From Spirogloea muscicola (Eukaryota): 64,000 bases of DNA. Where the stretch lies: assembly GCA_009602725.1 (NCBI GenBank), contig WELB01000005.1, positions 831,323 through 895,322 on the forward strand, in the 5' to 3' direction. Shown in pieces: positions 39,601 to 52,498 of this stretch. The notes under the pieces were generated by a model. That model made no database searches, was not told where the DNA came from, and saw only the letters and a program-made list of their open reading frames with translations. Positions within the stretch are counted from its first letter, which is position 1. Each line of letters begins with the position of its first letter. A program made the position numbers and the translations under genes.

Positions 39601-40741
39601 GGCTAGCACTGTAGAGTCAATATTCTGTACCGACTTGATGCAGCTTATCTGGTCTGCTTGCAATCTGATGCTGAGCCCATGCTTTCACAATGCTGGGGAC
39701 TCACAGCTCAAAGCGAAGGACGGAGTGATGATGATGTTTGCACAAGACAACTACAAGTCCTTGTTGACAGAGCTTCTTCCATGGCAGGTTGATCCCACAT
39801 AAGCATGCTGCCACATGGCTAGAGATGTGTTTACGTTTCCATGTAGTAGGTTCTGAGCCACTGCAATTGTGTGATTGACAAGCAGCTTCTCTAAATGAAC
39901 TGCTAGTGAGCATGCACCTGATAACCCAGTTCATTGTGTGATTGTTGTGAAGAGCATGCACTTCATCAGCAACGTGCCGCACGTGAAGGTCACAATCCAA
40001 GCCGAGGAAGACGTGAGTGAAAGTGGAGCAGGCAGCTTGAGGAGAGAGGTTCTCCTTTTGCTCGACACAGGAGCCGGCGGCGTTGACGTCATTTTCCACC
40101 ATCGGGCTGTCAAGCAACTCAATCTCCTGAATGGTGGAGCCGCCCCGAGCAGCAGGGGGAAGATAAAAGGCATGGGAGGTGCAAGTGCCGGCCTCACTGT
40201 AAGTCTGCAGTTTGGAGTGTCGCTTGTAATATGGACCAGTTTCAATGCTTCAAGTGCTTCATCTCAAAGAAGCTCTTGTTGCAGCTTGATTATCTCACAG
40301 GAGTTGAGCACATATGCTTAAATGACCTCATTCACTGCTGCTGTTAGCAACAAGCAGGCTGCCTTGCTTGTTGCACATCATATTCTCAGGCACACTTACG
40401 CCGATCAGTCACGCATGTGCTCTGCTGAATTGTCGTGCCACCAGGTTCAAGTGGGCCAGCTGAAAGAGCTCTGCGTCGGGGGGAAGGTATTCAAAAATGC
40501 GAAGGCCTTGCTTTCATTAAGTGAGAAGGGAGGTTTGGACTTGTCCGAGTACACAGCTGGCCTATTGTGTGGCGATATTTTGAGGGACTCGCTTGCTGTA
40601 ATTGACTACCCTCGAAGAAGGTTTGCATTGGCAACCTCAGCAGATGAGAGCTTGGCAGCGAGCTTGGGATCGACCCTTCAGCCTTTGCCTGATGGCACCA
40701 ACACTTCCTTTAGCAATTCTTACCAATCAACAGATTACTAG
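36651..40741 (+). CDS. Protein with two retropepsin-like aspartic protease domains (bacterial Asp_protease-type architecture); start approximate
   Basis: FILDTGASG (~38673) and LLLDTGAGG (~40055), C-terminal GLLCGDIL...VIDYPRRRFA, N-terminal WGFDGGDTAWDVD exon. Spliced; stop at 40741. Confidence 0.7.
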
Positions 40742-41189
40742 ATACTTAGCTGTTATTGTTGGCAGGCTGTAGTGTGTCCAACAGAGGCCTGCCCTTGCCC
40801 TTATTTGGTTGTGGTAGGAGGATCATTGCTGTATGGTGATGGCTCAATCTCTGCCGCATTGCTTTCTTCCTTTAGTACAAATTGCTTCTGCTTACTTTCT
40901 TAGACGCGTGGGAGAGCAGAGTATTATCTTATTACCTCGCCTATGAGTTTTAACATTGTTTTGGACCTTCCATACCAGGCCTGGTAACAGACCAGCTGCA
41001 CAAGCATATTGTGGCAGTGCCGCTGTGTTTCTCAAGGTGTCTTTCGCTCCTCCTCATCCTTCCTCCCCCGAGTCCGCCTCTGAGTCCTGCACCGCCTCCT
41101 CCTCGGAGCAGAGCAGGCAATCTCAAGTCATCCTTTGAGATGACTTGAGGTGCTATGCAAGAAAGGGGTGGATCTTGCAGGCTTGCCCT

Positions 41190-43665
41190 CACATGAAGGC
41201 GAGATTTTAGACTACTTTCCAGCAGCTGCAAGTCACACCGACTTGCAGCTGCTGTCTAGAGGTTGTTGAGCAGGTCGCTGTAGCCACATGCATAGCTGTG
41301 GCTTTAGCGCCTTATGGCCCTTTGGACCTTGTCCTATCTTTGCGGGACTGGATTTTCACAGCCCTCGCCCCCTTTGGACGAGCCACTTTCTTTCGGACCC
41401 GCCAAGCCTAGTCGCCTGATACCACTACAAATCAAGAATGCAGCCACTGATACAATAAGAGCGGCTGTAAATGCCAGCTAGGTGCATAAAGATGGGTGTG
41501 CAAACAATATTAGCGGAACCAAAGGCTAGGCAAACAGGGCGCTCTTAGTACCCCCGTGTCAGAGAAACAGCTCTTCCAATGTGGGGCAATGACTGTGAGA
41601 GGCCTGCTCCGAGGAATGTACAGTCTGAAAGGGCGCGTCAGCACTAGGAAGTCAGATGAGCCAAGTGGAAGAGCAACCCCCGCCGCGCATGCCAGAGAGA
41701 GGCTCCTGCAAGAAAGGCTCTTGCAGTAGATGGCGATGGCTGTGGTCGGCCAACAAAGAACAAATGAACATCAAAGACTATTGCAAGAAAGGAAGAAAGA
41801 CGCTTCCTGGAAAAAAACTGCTCGCCCATACGAAAAGAGGGGCTAGCAAAGCCAGCCAGTCCAGTCCAGGGGAGGGCGACGGCTGTAAGTGGCCAGCCCA
41901 CATTAAAGTTTGTTGAAAGTTCGAAGGGGCGAGAGAAAGCACACAGCGACTCAAGTGGCCACGAGGCACTGCAGGGACTACTTGCTCGCTCTTTATCTTT
42001 GTCACTTCTTTTCGGGCTGGCTTTTCACAGCTCTTGCCCCCATTGGGAGAGCTACCACTTCTTCTTCATCCTGAAACCTTTTTCCTCTTTTTGGCTCCTT
42101 CAGACCTTGTCCATTCAACAAGGCACGGCCAGATTGTTGTGAGAGGCCAGCCCAAAGGAATGGACAAGGTCTGAAGGAGCCGGATGGTGCAGAAAGAAGA
42201 ACGTGCTCGCCCACAGAGAAGAGGGGCTGGCAACGCCAGCCCAAAAAGAATGGAAGCCAAAGGGAAGAGGTGTCGAAAAAGGACTACACCACGAAACACG
42301 AGATGATGCAGAGGGAAGCTCAGTACCCGCGAGTGAGCAACATCAAGTCAGAGTAGCTCGCTGCAGAGAAAGAGGCACTCCGCCGAGACCTAGAGGCAGC
42401 AGCCATAGCACGACCTGCTCGCGTGTGGACGGCGTGGGCTAGGGAGCGTTGAAACGAGACCGCCAGGCGCATGCGGAATACCTGGGCGAGCGAACCGGCG
42501 GCGTTGAAGCCGGGCATTGGCCTTGGCAGACCTGGTCGCCGATCAATGGCCTGACGGGCAAGCAGCTGGAGTCGATCCAGCCAGCGGCTGCCGAAAGCCC
42601 CGTGTACGTCGATCGCTAGGAGAAGGGCTCGCCCAGTGAGGATAGGGGCTGGAAAAAGCCAGCCCAGAGAGAATGAATAAAGGACGAGAAGGGGCCAGGG
42701 GAAGGACAAAGAACAACAAACACAGAAAAGAAACGAAGCAGCTACGAAGCACTCAGTAACCCCTGCTAAGCAGCCTCAGGTCAGAGAGACTGGGTTCCTG
42801 GAAGCGGGGGCCGCGAATTCATCACCAACCGGGTGAGGGTGATCGGCGTATTTGCGCTCTTTGCCCGGGCCGCCAGGCCGACCGCGGCCCCTGCAGTCGT
42901 CGCCGATCTGGTGAGATTGGCGGAATCCACGCAGTCAGTAGTCACCACATCGGCAATGATGCGGGGACCGCCGCCGGGCGGCGATGGCGACCAGGTCGGC
43001 GCGTCGGGTATGAGAGCAAGCGCGGCCAGATTAATTGGTGGCTGGGAGGTCGGTATGGAGCTGTCTGTCCGCACCCTGCTGGATGGTGGGCACTATCGAG
43101 GAATTTTCCACGGCCACCTTGTAGCCTGCCTCCATGAACACCCCCTGCATGCCATCTCGCAGGAGGTCGCGGGAACGGGTCCTCTCGCCCCCGTGCGCGT
43201 AACGGAGCATGTGCGCAGCCAGCTCCGCCAGGGTCGGCGTGACGGGCACCGCAGAAAGAAAGTGCTCGCCCATAGAGAAGAGTGGCTGGCAAAGCCAGCC
43301 CAATAAGAATGGACAATGTCCAAAGCCGAAGGAACGAGGTGTCGAAAAAGGACCACAATACAAAAGACGAGACGACGCAGAGGGAAGCTCATTGCCCGCG
43401 AGTGAGCAACATCAAGTCAGAGTAGCTCGCTGCAGGGAAAGAGGCACTCCGCCGTGACCCAGAAGAAGAAGTGGCTCTCCAAATGGGGGCAAGGGCTGTG
43501 AGAAGCCAGCCCGAAAAGAAGAGGCAGCAGCCATAGCAAGGTGCTAAGTGCTGAGACGGCAGCAAGGGGACTCTCAGTAACCTCCAGTCAGTAGATGCAA
43601 ATCAGAATAGCTAGCAGGCGGATAGACGTCGCCCTGACGGAAGCCGGAGGCCGCAGCCAAAGCTT
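41190..43665 (-). mobile_element. Large nested stack of CRE-like fragments (subfamilies F, A, D, C; mostly minus strand, some plus)
   Basis: Plus-strand FPAAASHTDLQLLSRGC* at ~41217-41271. Minus-strand A element 42205-43250 (AELAAHMLR..EAG..EN..PRIIADVVTTDC..DVHGAFGSRW..DLMLLTRGY*) split by a D fragment at 42621-42807. Further A (43255-43460) and C (43540-43665) ends. Confidence 0.88.
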
Positions 43666-43722
43666 TGGGCTGGCCTCTTGCAGCCACCAGTCAATCCCGG
43701 AAGCGCTGTTGTTCTTAAACCC

Positions 43723-43761
43723 CCACATCCCAAACCCTAACTTGCCACATCCCAAACCCTA
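43723..43761 (+). promoter_or_regulatory. Two telo-box motifs (AAACCCTA) in a short tandem repeat upstream of mL54
   Basis: CCACATCCCAAACCCTA at ~43723 and ~43745. Telo-boxes are known in plant ribosomal-protein promoters and 5' UTRs. Confidence 0.5.
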
Positions 43762-43886
43762 CATTCCGTTTGAGTACTGGCTCGCTCGCCACCGCTCCGG
43801 CCGTGCGCGCGTGCACTCGCAGCTTGCCCATCCCCAGCCTCCTGGCCGCCTCGCCTCTCAGCTGCCGCGGGCCTGCGGGCCTGGCG

Positions 43887-44966
43887 ATGCGGGCATTGCT
43901 GCGGCTGTCGAGGCTGCGCCGGCACTCGGCTCCCGCGCTCGCCGCGCTCGGCGCCCTGCAGTGGCCTCGGGCGCTCTCGGCCAAGGGCGGCGCCGCGGCG
44001 CCGCCGGCGGCCAAGGGCGCCAAGAAGGCGCGCGGGCCCTCCGGTGAGGCCTCTCCACGCTGAGCTTGCCCTGCCGCTGAGTGCCCTCAGCCAGGGAGAC
44101 GAGCCATGGAGCCTCGCTGAAGCCTAGGAGAGGCCTTCAGCCGTTTTCGTTCAGCAGGACCGCTTGCCTCATCCCGTCGTTAGGCTGCGTCCACTGCTTC
44201 ACACTGGTTTGACAAATTAGGACCACCCCTACGCTGTTCAAACGAGCGCGGCCTTATAGTCATCCCCTCGGAGGTGGTGTGCAAGTCGAGCTTGTGATGA
44301 GAGCAGGGCAACCAGAACACGCCCCCACGTCGGCATTGTCTTCACATGCAGCCACATAGTGTGATTCATTAATGCAGGTGTCTTGCATCTTGGGCTGGTT
44401 GTACAGGGCCAGAGGCTTCCCTTGTGAGCAAGGAGCTGCGAGAAGCCTACGTGGTAGGAGCCAACATTCTCAAGGATGGCTCTGATCCACCAGTGCAACC
44501 AGACAGGTGGGGCTCTGATCTTGCCTCTTAGGCCTCAGAAAGGCGTGACGGCCTTGGCCTGTGGAACAATACGCATCGACTGAGATTGGACCCTGAATGA
44601 TATTTGACTCGAAGATTACTTCGGTTGCTTGATTACCTCACAGTGAGTATCCCGATTGGTTGTGGCACCTCCTGGACAAGCAAGCACCACTGAGCGAACT
44701 CAAGAGGAAGGATGTTGAAAAGCTGGACGAGAAGGAGGTGAGAAATTGTTTCAACAAGACTTGCTAATCGGACACTGCTTGCTTTAGTACTGCTTGCATT
44801 GATTGCCTAAAAGGACCTGGTGCTCATGAATGCCCGAAGGCTGCGAGACTTCCTTGTACCTCCTCAGATAATTGCGTTGCCTTCCAACTGACAGTATATG
44901 AGATTGCGGAAGTTAGACAACCGGCGAGACATCAAAGAGAAGAATGCCAGCAGGGCAAAGGGTTGA
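43887..44966 (+). CDS. MRPL54: Mitochondrial large ribosomal subunit protein mL54 (L37 family)
   Basis: Presequence-like MRALLRLSRLRR..; exons VGANILKDGSDPPVQPD/SEYPDWLWHLLDKQAPLSELKRKD/YMRLRKLDNRRDIKEKN..KG* (stop 44964-44966). Not captured intact by the ORF track. Confidence 0.88.
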
Positions 44967-45274
44967 TTCGTGTCTGTGAGCTCGCGCGCCATGCAGGTCA
45001 ATTTTAGCAAGAATGACACATGCTTGACTAGCTGTGTCTGCAATTATCAAGAAGAGCTCCGCAATGGAGTTTCCTATCTAGAATGTCACAAAAGCTCCTG
45101 CTCAGCTTAGTGCTGAATGATGGCCAGCACAATCTAGGCATCAAGTGATGCCCCATGCTAATATAAATTTGGCAATTGAGCCAACACATCAAATTGGCAA
45201 GGAGTATCTACTCCTACCTTCTGACAATTTTCTTGTGTGCTACAATGAGTGTGGTCTGGTACATGCAGGCCATG

Positions 45275-48043
45275 TCAGTCTCCATGTGTGTGAACCCGTG
45301 AGGGAGTTCGCGAAAGTCTTGCAGCTGGCGTAGAATGTTCTGACTGCGTGGAGAAGAGTAAAAGTTGGAGAATTGCCACTACCACAAGTAAGACGATTGC
45401 CAGCCACCCAAGAAGTGTCCATGAAAGAGCATGCATGCTCATGATTTTGAAGAAGCCCCAGCCCGCAGTACAAAGTAGGAGCACTGCCCAGGCCACAGTT
45501 ATCTGCATGGAGTCAGGGTTCCAGGCGTAAGTCAAGGCCAGTCTTTGACCATTCCGACGGGCCAAGTCATTATTCCACTGTACAGCTGGACAGCATTGCG
45601 GGGTTGTAGCATCTCCATCCCACACTCACCAGCAAGGCGGATGATGAACGCCATGAAGGACACAATTTGTCTTCTCCAAATGTGTTGTTGGCTTGATGTT
45701 CGTCTAAGAGGGCATCCTGTTTCCAGGACAGCCACTGTCAGCTTTACAGCCTGGATAACTTTAGGTGATACAGCACACAACATCAATCTATGAAGGGTAC
45801 GCAGTACTTGACCTGCCATCAAGCAGCCATTGCTAAGTGCTACCAAGGGCGAACGAAACTGCACACCTTCTCCCTGAAGGCTTCTTTGCACCACTCCGAA
45901 AGTTTGTCGTCCTTTTCAGGAAGCTCCCTCATCAGCACCCGCCGAACATGCACATGAAACTGGACTGAGTGACATTCAGTCAGTTCCTTATGGGCGCCTT
46001 GTAAGATTTGCTTGAAAACTACGTCTATGCCAGCTTCTCTCGTCCTTGACCTTTGTATTAGCAGCTTGGGATGACTGCGATCGATCCTACTAGCAGCATG
46101 TCATGGAGGAGTTGCTGAATTTCACCTTTGTCGGTCTTCTGTTCATCAATCCTCCAAAAGTCGGCAAAGGTGACTCCTTGGGTATAGCTACCGTTATATC
46201 ATACAACGCCGGCACAAATGACCTCAGGCCATTCACTGTGGCCACAAAGCCCTGCACGTGTGCAAGTCAATCCAAACAGGCTTAAGATGCTGTCAGATCC
46301 AGCTGAGTGCACACTACCCCATTGATTCATTGGCACTTGTCATCGTGGAAAAGACATTGACTAGCAAGTGTAGGGTGCTTAGCCTGAGCATAAATACCTT
46401 GGTGCGCGGCACCAACACATTCCGGGGAATTGGAAGGCCAACTGAGGCAGCGTACTCTTGTGCAGCCTCCAGTTTTTCTTGCGTAAACCGGGTCCCCTCA
46501 ACAAACAATGCCATCCACATTGAACCAGGAAAGTTCCTGAATCTGTCATATCCTTTCTGCACATGTGCAGTTGTAAGACTATGAGTACAGAAGTAAGAAT
46601 AAGATCAAGAGTAAGAGTAAAGAATATAGAATGAGAACAAAACGCCTCAGGCTTGGCATTTGCTCTTGAGATAGTGAGGAGCTTCAGAGAGGCTAGAAAG
46701 CCTTCAGACCTTCAGCAAGGCCTCGTCCTTAGTCCAATCACGGGCAAGGAATATGTACTCTGAGAACCACATGGACCAGCCAATAACCTGTTGTGGCAGT
46801 GCTGCGTTAGGGGAAAGGACAGAAAGCCGAGCAATCACAGAGAGCAAGCAAAGAGGTCCTGATAATGGGTAATGCAGGGCAACCAATCGTCTGCTGTCAA
46901 GAGCAGGAAGCAGGTCTGCGTTATAATACCGGCAGATATTGCACTGATTTCTTCATCAGGGCTCGAGTGCCTCCAAGACATCCTTTCCTCTGGCCCAATA
47001 CAGCAAGATACCCCTGAATTGTCATGGTGAAAGGAGTAGCTTGACTTCTCATGGCACTCGGGCAAAATTGCAATGAATTGTGCATGCTCTGCAGTCCTCA
47101 CCTTAGCTAGCACCCAGCCAACAACCCAGTCGATATCACTCCGGTGGTTGCAGATGAGCAATGCGTGCTCCTTTCCTGAATCTCGCACAGCAGCGCTCGT
47201 AAGATCTCAAAGAGAAGGTGCCGCACTTGCTAGGACAAGCACTGAGTTGGACAATGTATAAGGCCTCACCCATCATCTCGAAAGTGCCTGCATCAGTATA
47301 TACTCTCACCTGCAACTGCAAAACAGTTGCTCAGTGAAAGTCCTGCTGGAAGAAGAGCAGCTGGTGTCCTTGCCACCAGTAATCTGAGAACCCAAGCCAT
47401 GATCGAAACATACAAGCCCAGGCACAACATCATGGAAGAGAACCCGAGACTGACCTCACTTCTTCCCCACCACTCAACCAGCCACACGAGCTGGGACCAA
47501 AAGGCATCGAGCAGCACCATATTCATTTTCCGGTAAAGTTCGCGTGAGAATGGTAAGAGTACCAACATTGAGAGGAGCTGCTCATTTCAACAATCAGGAA
47601 GCAATCTTCAACGTAAGCTGTGGTGCACACAGAGTCCATCACTCCTTGTAAACGACTTGCTCTACACATTGCACTGCTGCAGTGCCCTAGGCTCACATTC
47701 TGAAGAAAGATAACTATGTCATGCAATGCGGTGGCTAATATTCTGCCTAGACCATTGCATATGCTGCACTCAGTATCACTCGAATACCATGACTGACAGG
47801 CGACTCAATGTGAGCACTGTGGTGCTCTTACGTGAGAGCCTCATAACCTGCATTGAGTGCAATGTATGTCTAGGCGTTACTTGACTCTTACTCCGCAGTG
47901 CGACTCTATAAACCACTCCTCAACAGCACCATGATGAGGCCCAGGCTGGGCCAGCTTACCTGGATGATGTTAACAAGGAGGCCACTGCAGAGGAACATGA
48001 GCCCAAGTGTGGCAATAACGACCATCGACACCACGTTCGCCAT
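45275..48043 (-). CDS. LPAT2: 1-acyl-sn-glycerol-3-phosphate acyltransferase, LPAT2-like
   Basis: [45 protein letters not shown] (NHxxxxD motif); [46 protein letters not shown] C-terminus. Confidence 0.94.
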
Positions 48044-48609
48044 CGCCGCAGTCGCCCAGGAGGGCTTCCGAGCCGCGATCAACGTCGGAGGCCCCGGTCG
48101 CTCGCCACCGTGACGTCAAACCCGCTGAGACGCCTGCTGTGTTCCCTGAGGCGCATTGCGTCGGTCCAGCGCAGTGGTGCAGCCGCGAGGAGGACCGTGG
48201 AGACTGCCACTAGGTCGCAGCAAGCGCCTGGGGCTCCAAGGCGGGCCGCTGAGAAGCGGCAACTGGAGCTTCGCCTGGCGAGCTGGACCCGGTCCAGGAG
48301 GCGCCACGACAGGCTGCTGCCGGAAGAGGCTGCGGCCCGGGGCTTTCCAGTGGCCGCCTCAGCGCGCTGGCTCGTCAGGCGCGCCGCGGAGTGTGGCGGC
48401 ACAGGCCGCCTCGGCGGCAGCCGCCGCCGCCGGAGAAGCTGGCGCGGCAGGCGGCGGCTGGCGCGCGGGTCCCTGGCCGCCGCCGGGGACGGGACCCGTC
48501 GGCCCTTTACGTCCGCTCGGCGTGGCGCACCGACGATAGCGAAGCAGCTCGTCAACGTCAGGCGGTGGCTGTGAGATGAGAGACTCCTCGAAGTAGAGGG
48601 CCATGGCTG

Positions 48610-50160
48610 TGATTGGCCAGCCCAGGAAAACAACCAGAACACCTGTATGCATCTGGCTGGCTTTCACAGCCGCTCTTTTCATATCAGCAGCAGCTTCCAT
48701 TTTCTTACTGAGCGAAGTTCGAAGGGCTTGATAGAAAGTGCTCGTCCATAGATGGAGAAAGCGAGGGGCGAGGGCTGGGGCCAGCCCAGAAGTAGTGGAC
48801 AAGGTTCCGAACGCCCAGGTATTCCCAATGCGCCTGGTGGTATCGTTTCAACGCTCCCTTGCCTACGCCGTCCACACGCAAGCAGGCCGTGCTATGGCCG
48901 CCGCCTCTGGGTCTCGGCGGAGTGCCTCTTTCCCTGCAGCGAGCTACTCAGACTTGATGTTGCTCACTCGCGGGTACTGAGCTTCCCTCTGCATCGTCTT
49001 GTGTTTCGTAGTGTAGTCCTTCTCCGGCTCCTCTTTTCTTTGGCTTTGGACGTTGTGCACTCTTTTTGGGCTGGCTTTACCAGCCCTCTTCTATGTGGGC
49101 GAGCACTTTTTTTGCTCGCTTTGGCTTGCTTTGGCCCTCCTTTCATGCACACCGCGCGCCTTGCCAGTCTCTTAGCCCGCTCGTAGACTATAGCTTCGCT
49201 TGGTGTATCCCCGTTGTTTCCATCCCCTTCTGCCTTTGGCGCATCATGGCTCCGCTTGGCCTCCTAGGCGCACCGCTGCCTTGTCGCTTCCTAGAAGTGG
49301 TCGCCACCCGGAGCAGTGGGCCTCGCCTGCTCCTGGACGTTGTATACTCAATGAAGCTTTCAAAGCTGGAGCACCCACGTCGATCGTGCCTGGCTGGGAA
49401 CGACCACCGCGGAGGGCAACAAGGAGAGGCATCACAAGGACCATCCCCGAGAAGACGACTTCTACCCGTGCGCTGTGAACTTTTACGGTGGCTATGGTAA
49501 GAAATGGTCCTCCCTCCTCCAGCATCTGGAGCAGCTGTTGATGCGCGTCATCGCAGTCGGGGGGCCAGCTTGGGGTACAATAGCATTTCAGAGGCATTAG
49601 TTCATAGTACAGAATGAGGCTTCCGCTAGATCTGCAGCGCTCCCAAGCTCTGGCTATTATCAGCAAGCTGGGGTTGCTCTAAAGCAGGCCACTGGCTTCT
49701 GTGGCGGTTCTCTGGCTCCCCAACTTAGACTGGTGGATTTGTATGTCCTCACTCGTGCGTATTGACGTCCCTCTATCAGCCCTGCATCCACACTCTTACC
49801 ATAGCCCCCCTAGCATAGAGCTTCGCTATCTGCAGCCCCACTCTTTGCACTAGCTATTGCCTGAACAGTATATAAGCTGATATGGCCTCATTTCATGCGC
49901 ACCGTGCGCCTTCTTTCCAACAACTGGAATGACGCGTCCAGGAGAGGGCTGTGGCTGGGCGATAAGGCCCTCTTGTGAAAAGAAGAAAGGGCTCGCCCAC
50001 TGTGAGAAGGCCCCCATTGTACTGCTCCTTCGTGCACGACCACACCGCCTCTTTCCTCTCGCTTTATGTAGCCCCACTTCTCGCACTAGCTTTTCTCTGA
50101 TTAGCGCATTGTTGGCTTGATTTTGGCCTCCCTTCCATTTCATGCGCACCGCGTTGCCTT
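48610..50160 (+). mobile_element. Stack of CRE-like fragments (subfamily A at 48810-49110; degenerate subfamily E at ~49280-49915) between divergent LPAT2 and p31comet
   Basis: AQVFPMRLVVSFQRS..DLMLLTRGY* (stop 48980); LEVVATRSSGPRLLLDVV, RMRL..LQRSQALAI, ..VDLYVLTRAY* (stop 49765). TTTCATGCRCACCGYG.GCCTT motif at 49141, 49891 and 50138. Confidence 0.82.
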
Positions 50161-50284
50161 TCCCCGGGTGCCGCACCGGAGGCTGCAGCCCTTCTGTCAC
50201 ACCACTGTCATTACAGCGCAAGCACAGCCTCTCCCAGATCGCTCGGCGGGGCGGGCGCGGCGGCGCGGCGGCATTAACGGCGTA

Positions 50285-52192
50285 ATGGCCGGCCCCGACC
50301 TCCCCTTGCCATGCAGTGGCTCAGCGGCGACATCGATCAGCGTCACCGCCGGCCTGCAGAATGTCACGGTCGCACTGCAGGAGGTCGTGAAGCACGTCCT
50401 GTACATGCACAACCAGATCCCCAGGTGCGCCTCCCGGCGAGCACGCAGCGCCCTGCCTGCTCTAATTACGGGCGCATCCTGAAGCTTGATTTGCTCTTCG
50501 GCTGTGGGCTGTGGATCAGTACCTACAGCGATCTGCAGATGCAGCTTATTGGCAAGGTGATCAGAGATGCGTCACATGTACACATGCGGCCTGCTCATCA
50601 TACCAACTCGTTAGGTGTCTTTGAAAGACTGATGAAGCTCAATGGATAAGACTGCCGACTTGATTATATGTATGACTTTCCACTTAGCCTTAAGTGCCTC
50701 TGCATGTCTTGCTATATTCATGTCAAGATCGCAAAATTCGATAATATCATGTCCTCGAGTGGTGACAGTTTGCACTCCTACCCGGAACTGGTCGCATACC
50801 AGGCGCACATGAAGTTGTGAAGCAGCTCCAGGACACAGCGATTTCAGACTTCAGGTGTAGGACAAGACATCATGCCATGAATGCACTGAGCAGAAGGTGC
50901 CTGAAAGTCCTCAAGGACGTGGACCAGCTCTTGCTTGCTCTACAACGAGCTCTGGAGGATGTCCACGACATACGCACCATCCTGCTCATCCTTGGCCCTT
51001 CTCTGTTGCGACCCAAGGTCGCATATGTTATCACCACTGACCTTCATCTCAAGGCCGCAGAGTCAGATGCACGGCAACCCGATTGTGCAAGAAAGGTGCG
51101 CTTGCTGATAAAGTAGAAGCAACACGCATCAGCTCAAGGTGGTTGGTTCTGTTTCTAAGGGCACCATCGCTGCATCTCCAGTCACTCTACTCCCATGTTG
51201 ATGCTGAGATATCTGAAGCAAATTTACAGCTCCCATGTTTATTGGCAAATGCGTCATGGTTTGAATGCTGATGATACGAGCATTAACGTAACATGCATCA
51301 ACTGCACCCTGCTACTGCTGTCCTGTTTTTGAATTCTGAGCGCTACCACCAATGCAGCATCACAATGTCCACTATCTGCGCAACATGCATTCTTTGTGCT
51401 GATGTTGCCGAGGACGTCAACTTCTTGTGTGATCATTATAGGTGATTAGAGCTCTAATTGCGGAAAACAGTGGCAAGCAAACAAGCTCAGGTGTCAAGTG
51501 CTGCCCTACTGGTCTCATTCATGGTCCAACATCCAACATGCATAGACATTAAATTGCTCCAGTCAGCCTTCTTGACAGTCCCAGTGTAACACTACTGACG
51601 ATGTATTTTTCTCGTGTGCACCAGAAGTGCCCACGAAGCTTTTCCTCATGCTCCAAGCGCCTATGCAATCAAAGGCTCCTGAAGGCTTCTTGCCGCGTTG
51701 GAAGTACATCTATGATCAGACCAAGGTATGACAGTAAAAAATGATGTAAGGAAGGACCTGTGTATTTCGAGTGTGGGCCCAGGAGTTGCCCAATATGTTA
51801 AACAAAGGGAGAGATAAGGCTTGTTTTAAGGGCCTGGCCACATTGCACAGGTACAAGCTACTACTCATATCCGCTTGACAGAGGAGGCGAGCCCGACAAC
51901 ATCCATGGAAATTAAACAAGACCATGGTGAGACGCTGATGATGTGGTGAGCTTTGCTGATCCCAAGGAGACGCTCCTTGACGACCTTTTCATATGAATGT
52001 GCTGTTGTTCACTTCACAGTAAATTCATTCACTGCATGTTTCTCTTACCTACAATATGCCGGTGTCCTAACCATTGGTGCTGGTTTTAATGGCTGGTCAA
52101 GCAGGTATCAGTGCTCTTCCTCAGTCAGAGGTATCTGGATGCCAGGTACAGCCCGTCACCACCGCCTCCCTTGGCTCAGGATTCACAGATAG
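50285..52192 (+). CDS. MAD2L1BP: p31comet / MAD2L1-binding protein (HORMA-fold checkpoint silencer); 3' end approximate
   Basis: VVKHVLYMHNQIP/S, ILLILGPSLLRPK..Y, KVIRALI, PTKLFLMLQAP..FLPRW, W/YQC..VRG. The order matches plant COMET proteins. Confidence 0.8.
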
Positions 52193-52498
52193 AGCCACAC
52201 ACTAGAAGTTGACAATGTTGCATACCGACCAATTTGGTGCTTGATGATATATATCGATGCCAGTCATCTCTAGAAGGGCAGCTCCTACTCCACTCTAATC
52301 TATTGGAGCTGTCCAAAAATGGGTGCGATCTTGTTCTGAGACATCGTCTAAGATTGACGACAAAATTGTGGGGCAGAGCAAAATACTTGATCGCAGGGCT
52401 ACCACCCTTCATGCTCTCATTGTGTGCCGCCTCAATCGTTCTGAAAAAACGCTTCAAAGGTGCATGCGCAGAGCAGGCCAGATGAGGCCAAGAGGCAT

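Noticed and set aside
46588..46640. Degenerate AAGAGT/AAGAAT simple repeat in an LPAT2 intron; (CCG)n tracts at ~29434 and ~31939
   Set aside because: Ordinary low-complexity sequence; the CCG tracts encode Gly/Ala runs in LARP1.
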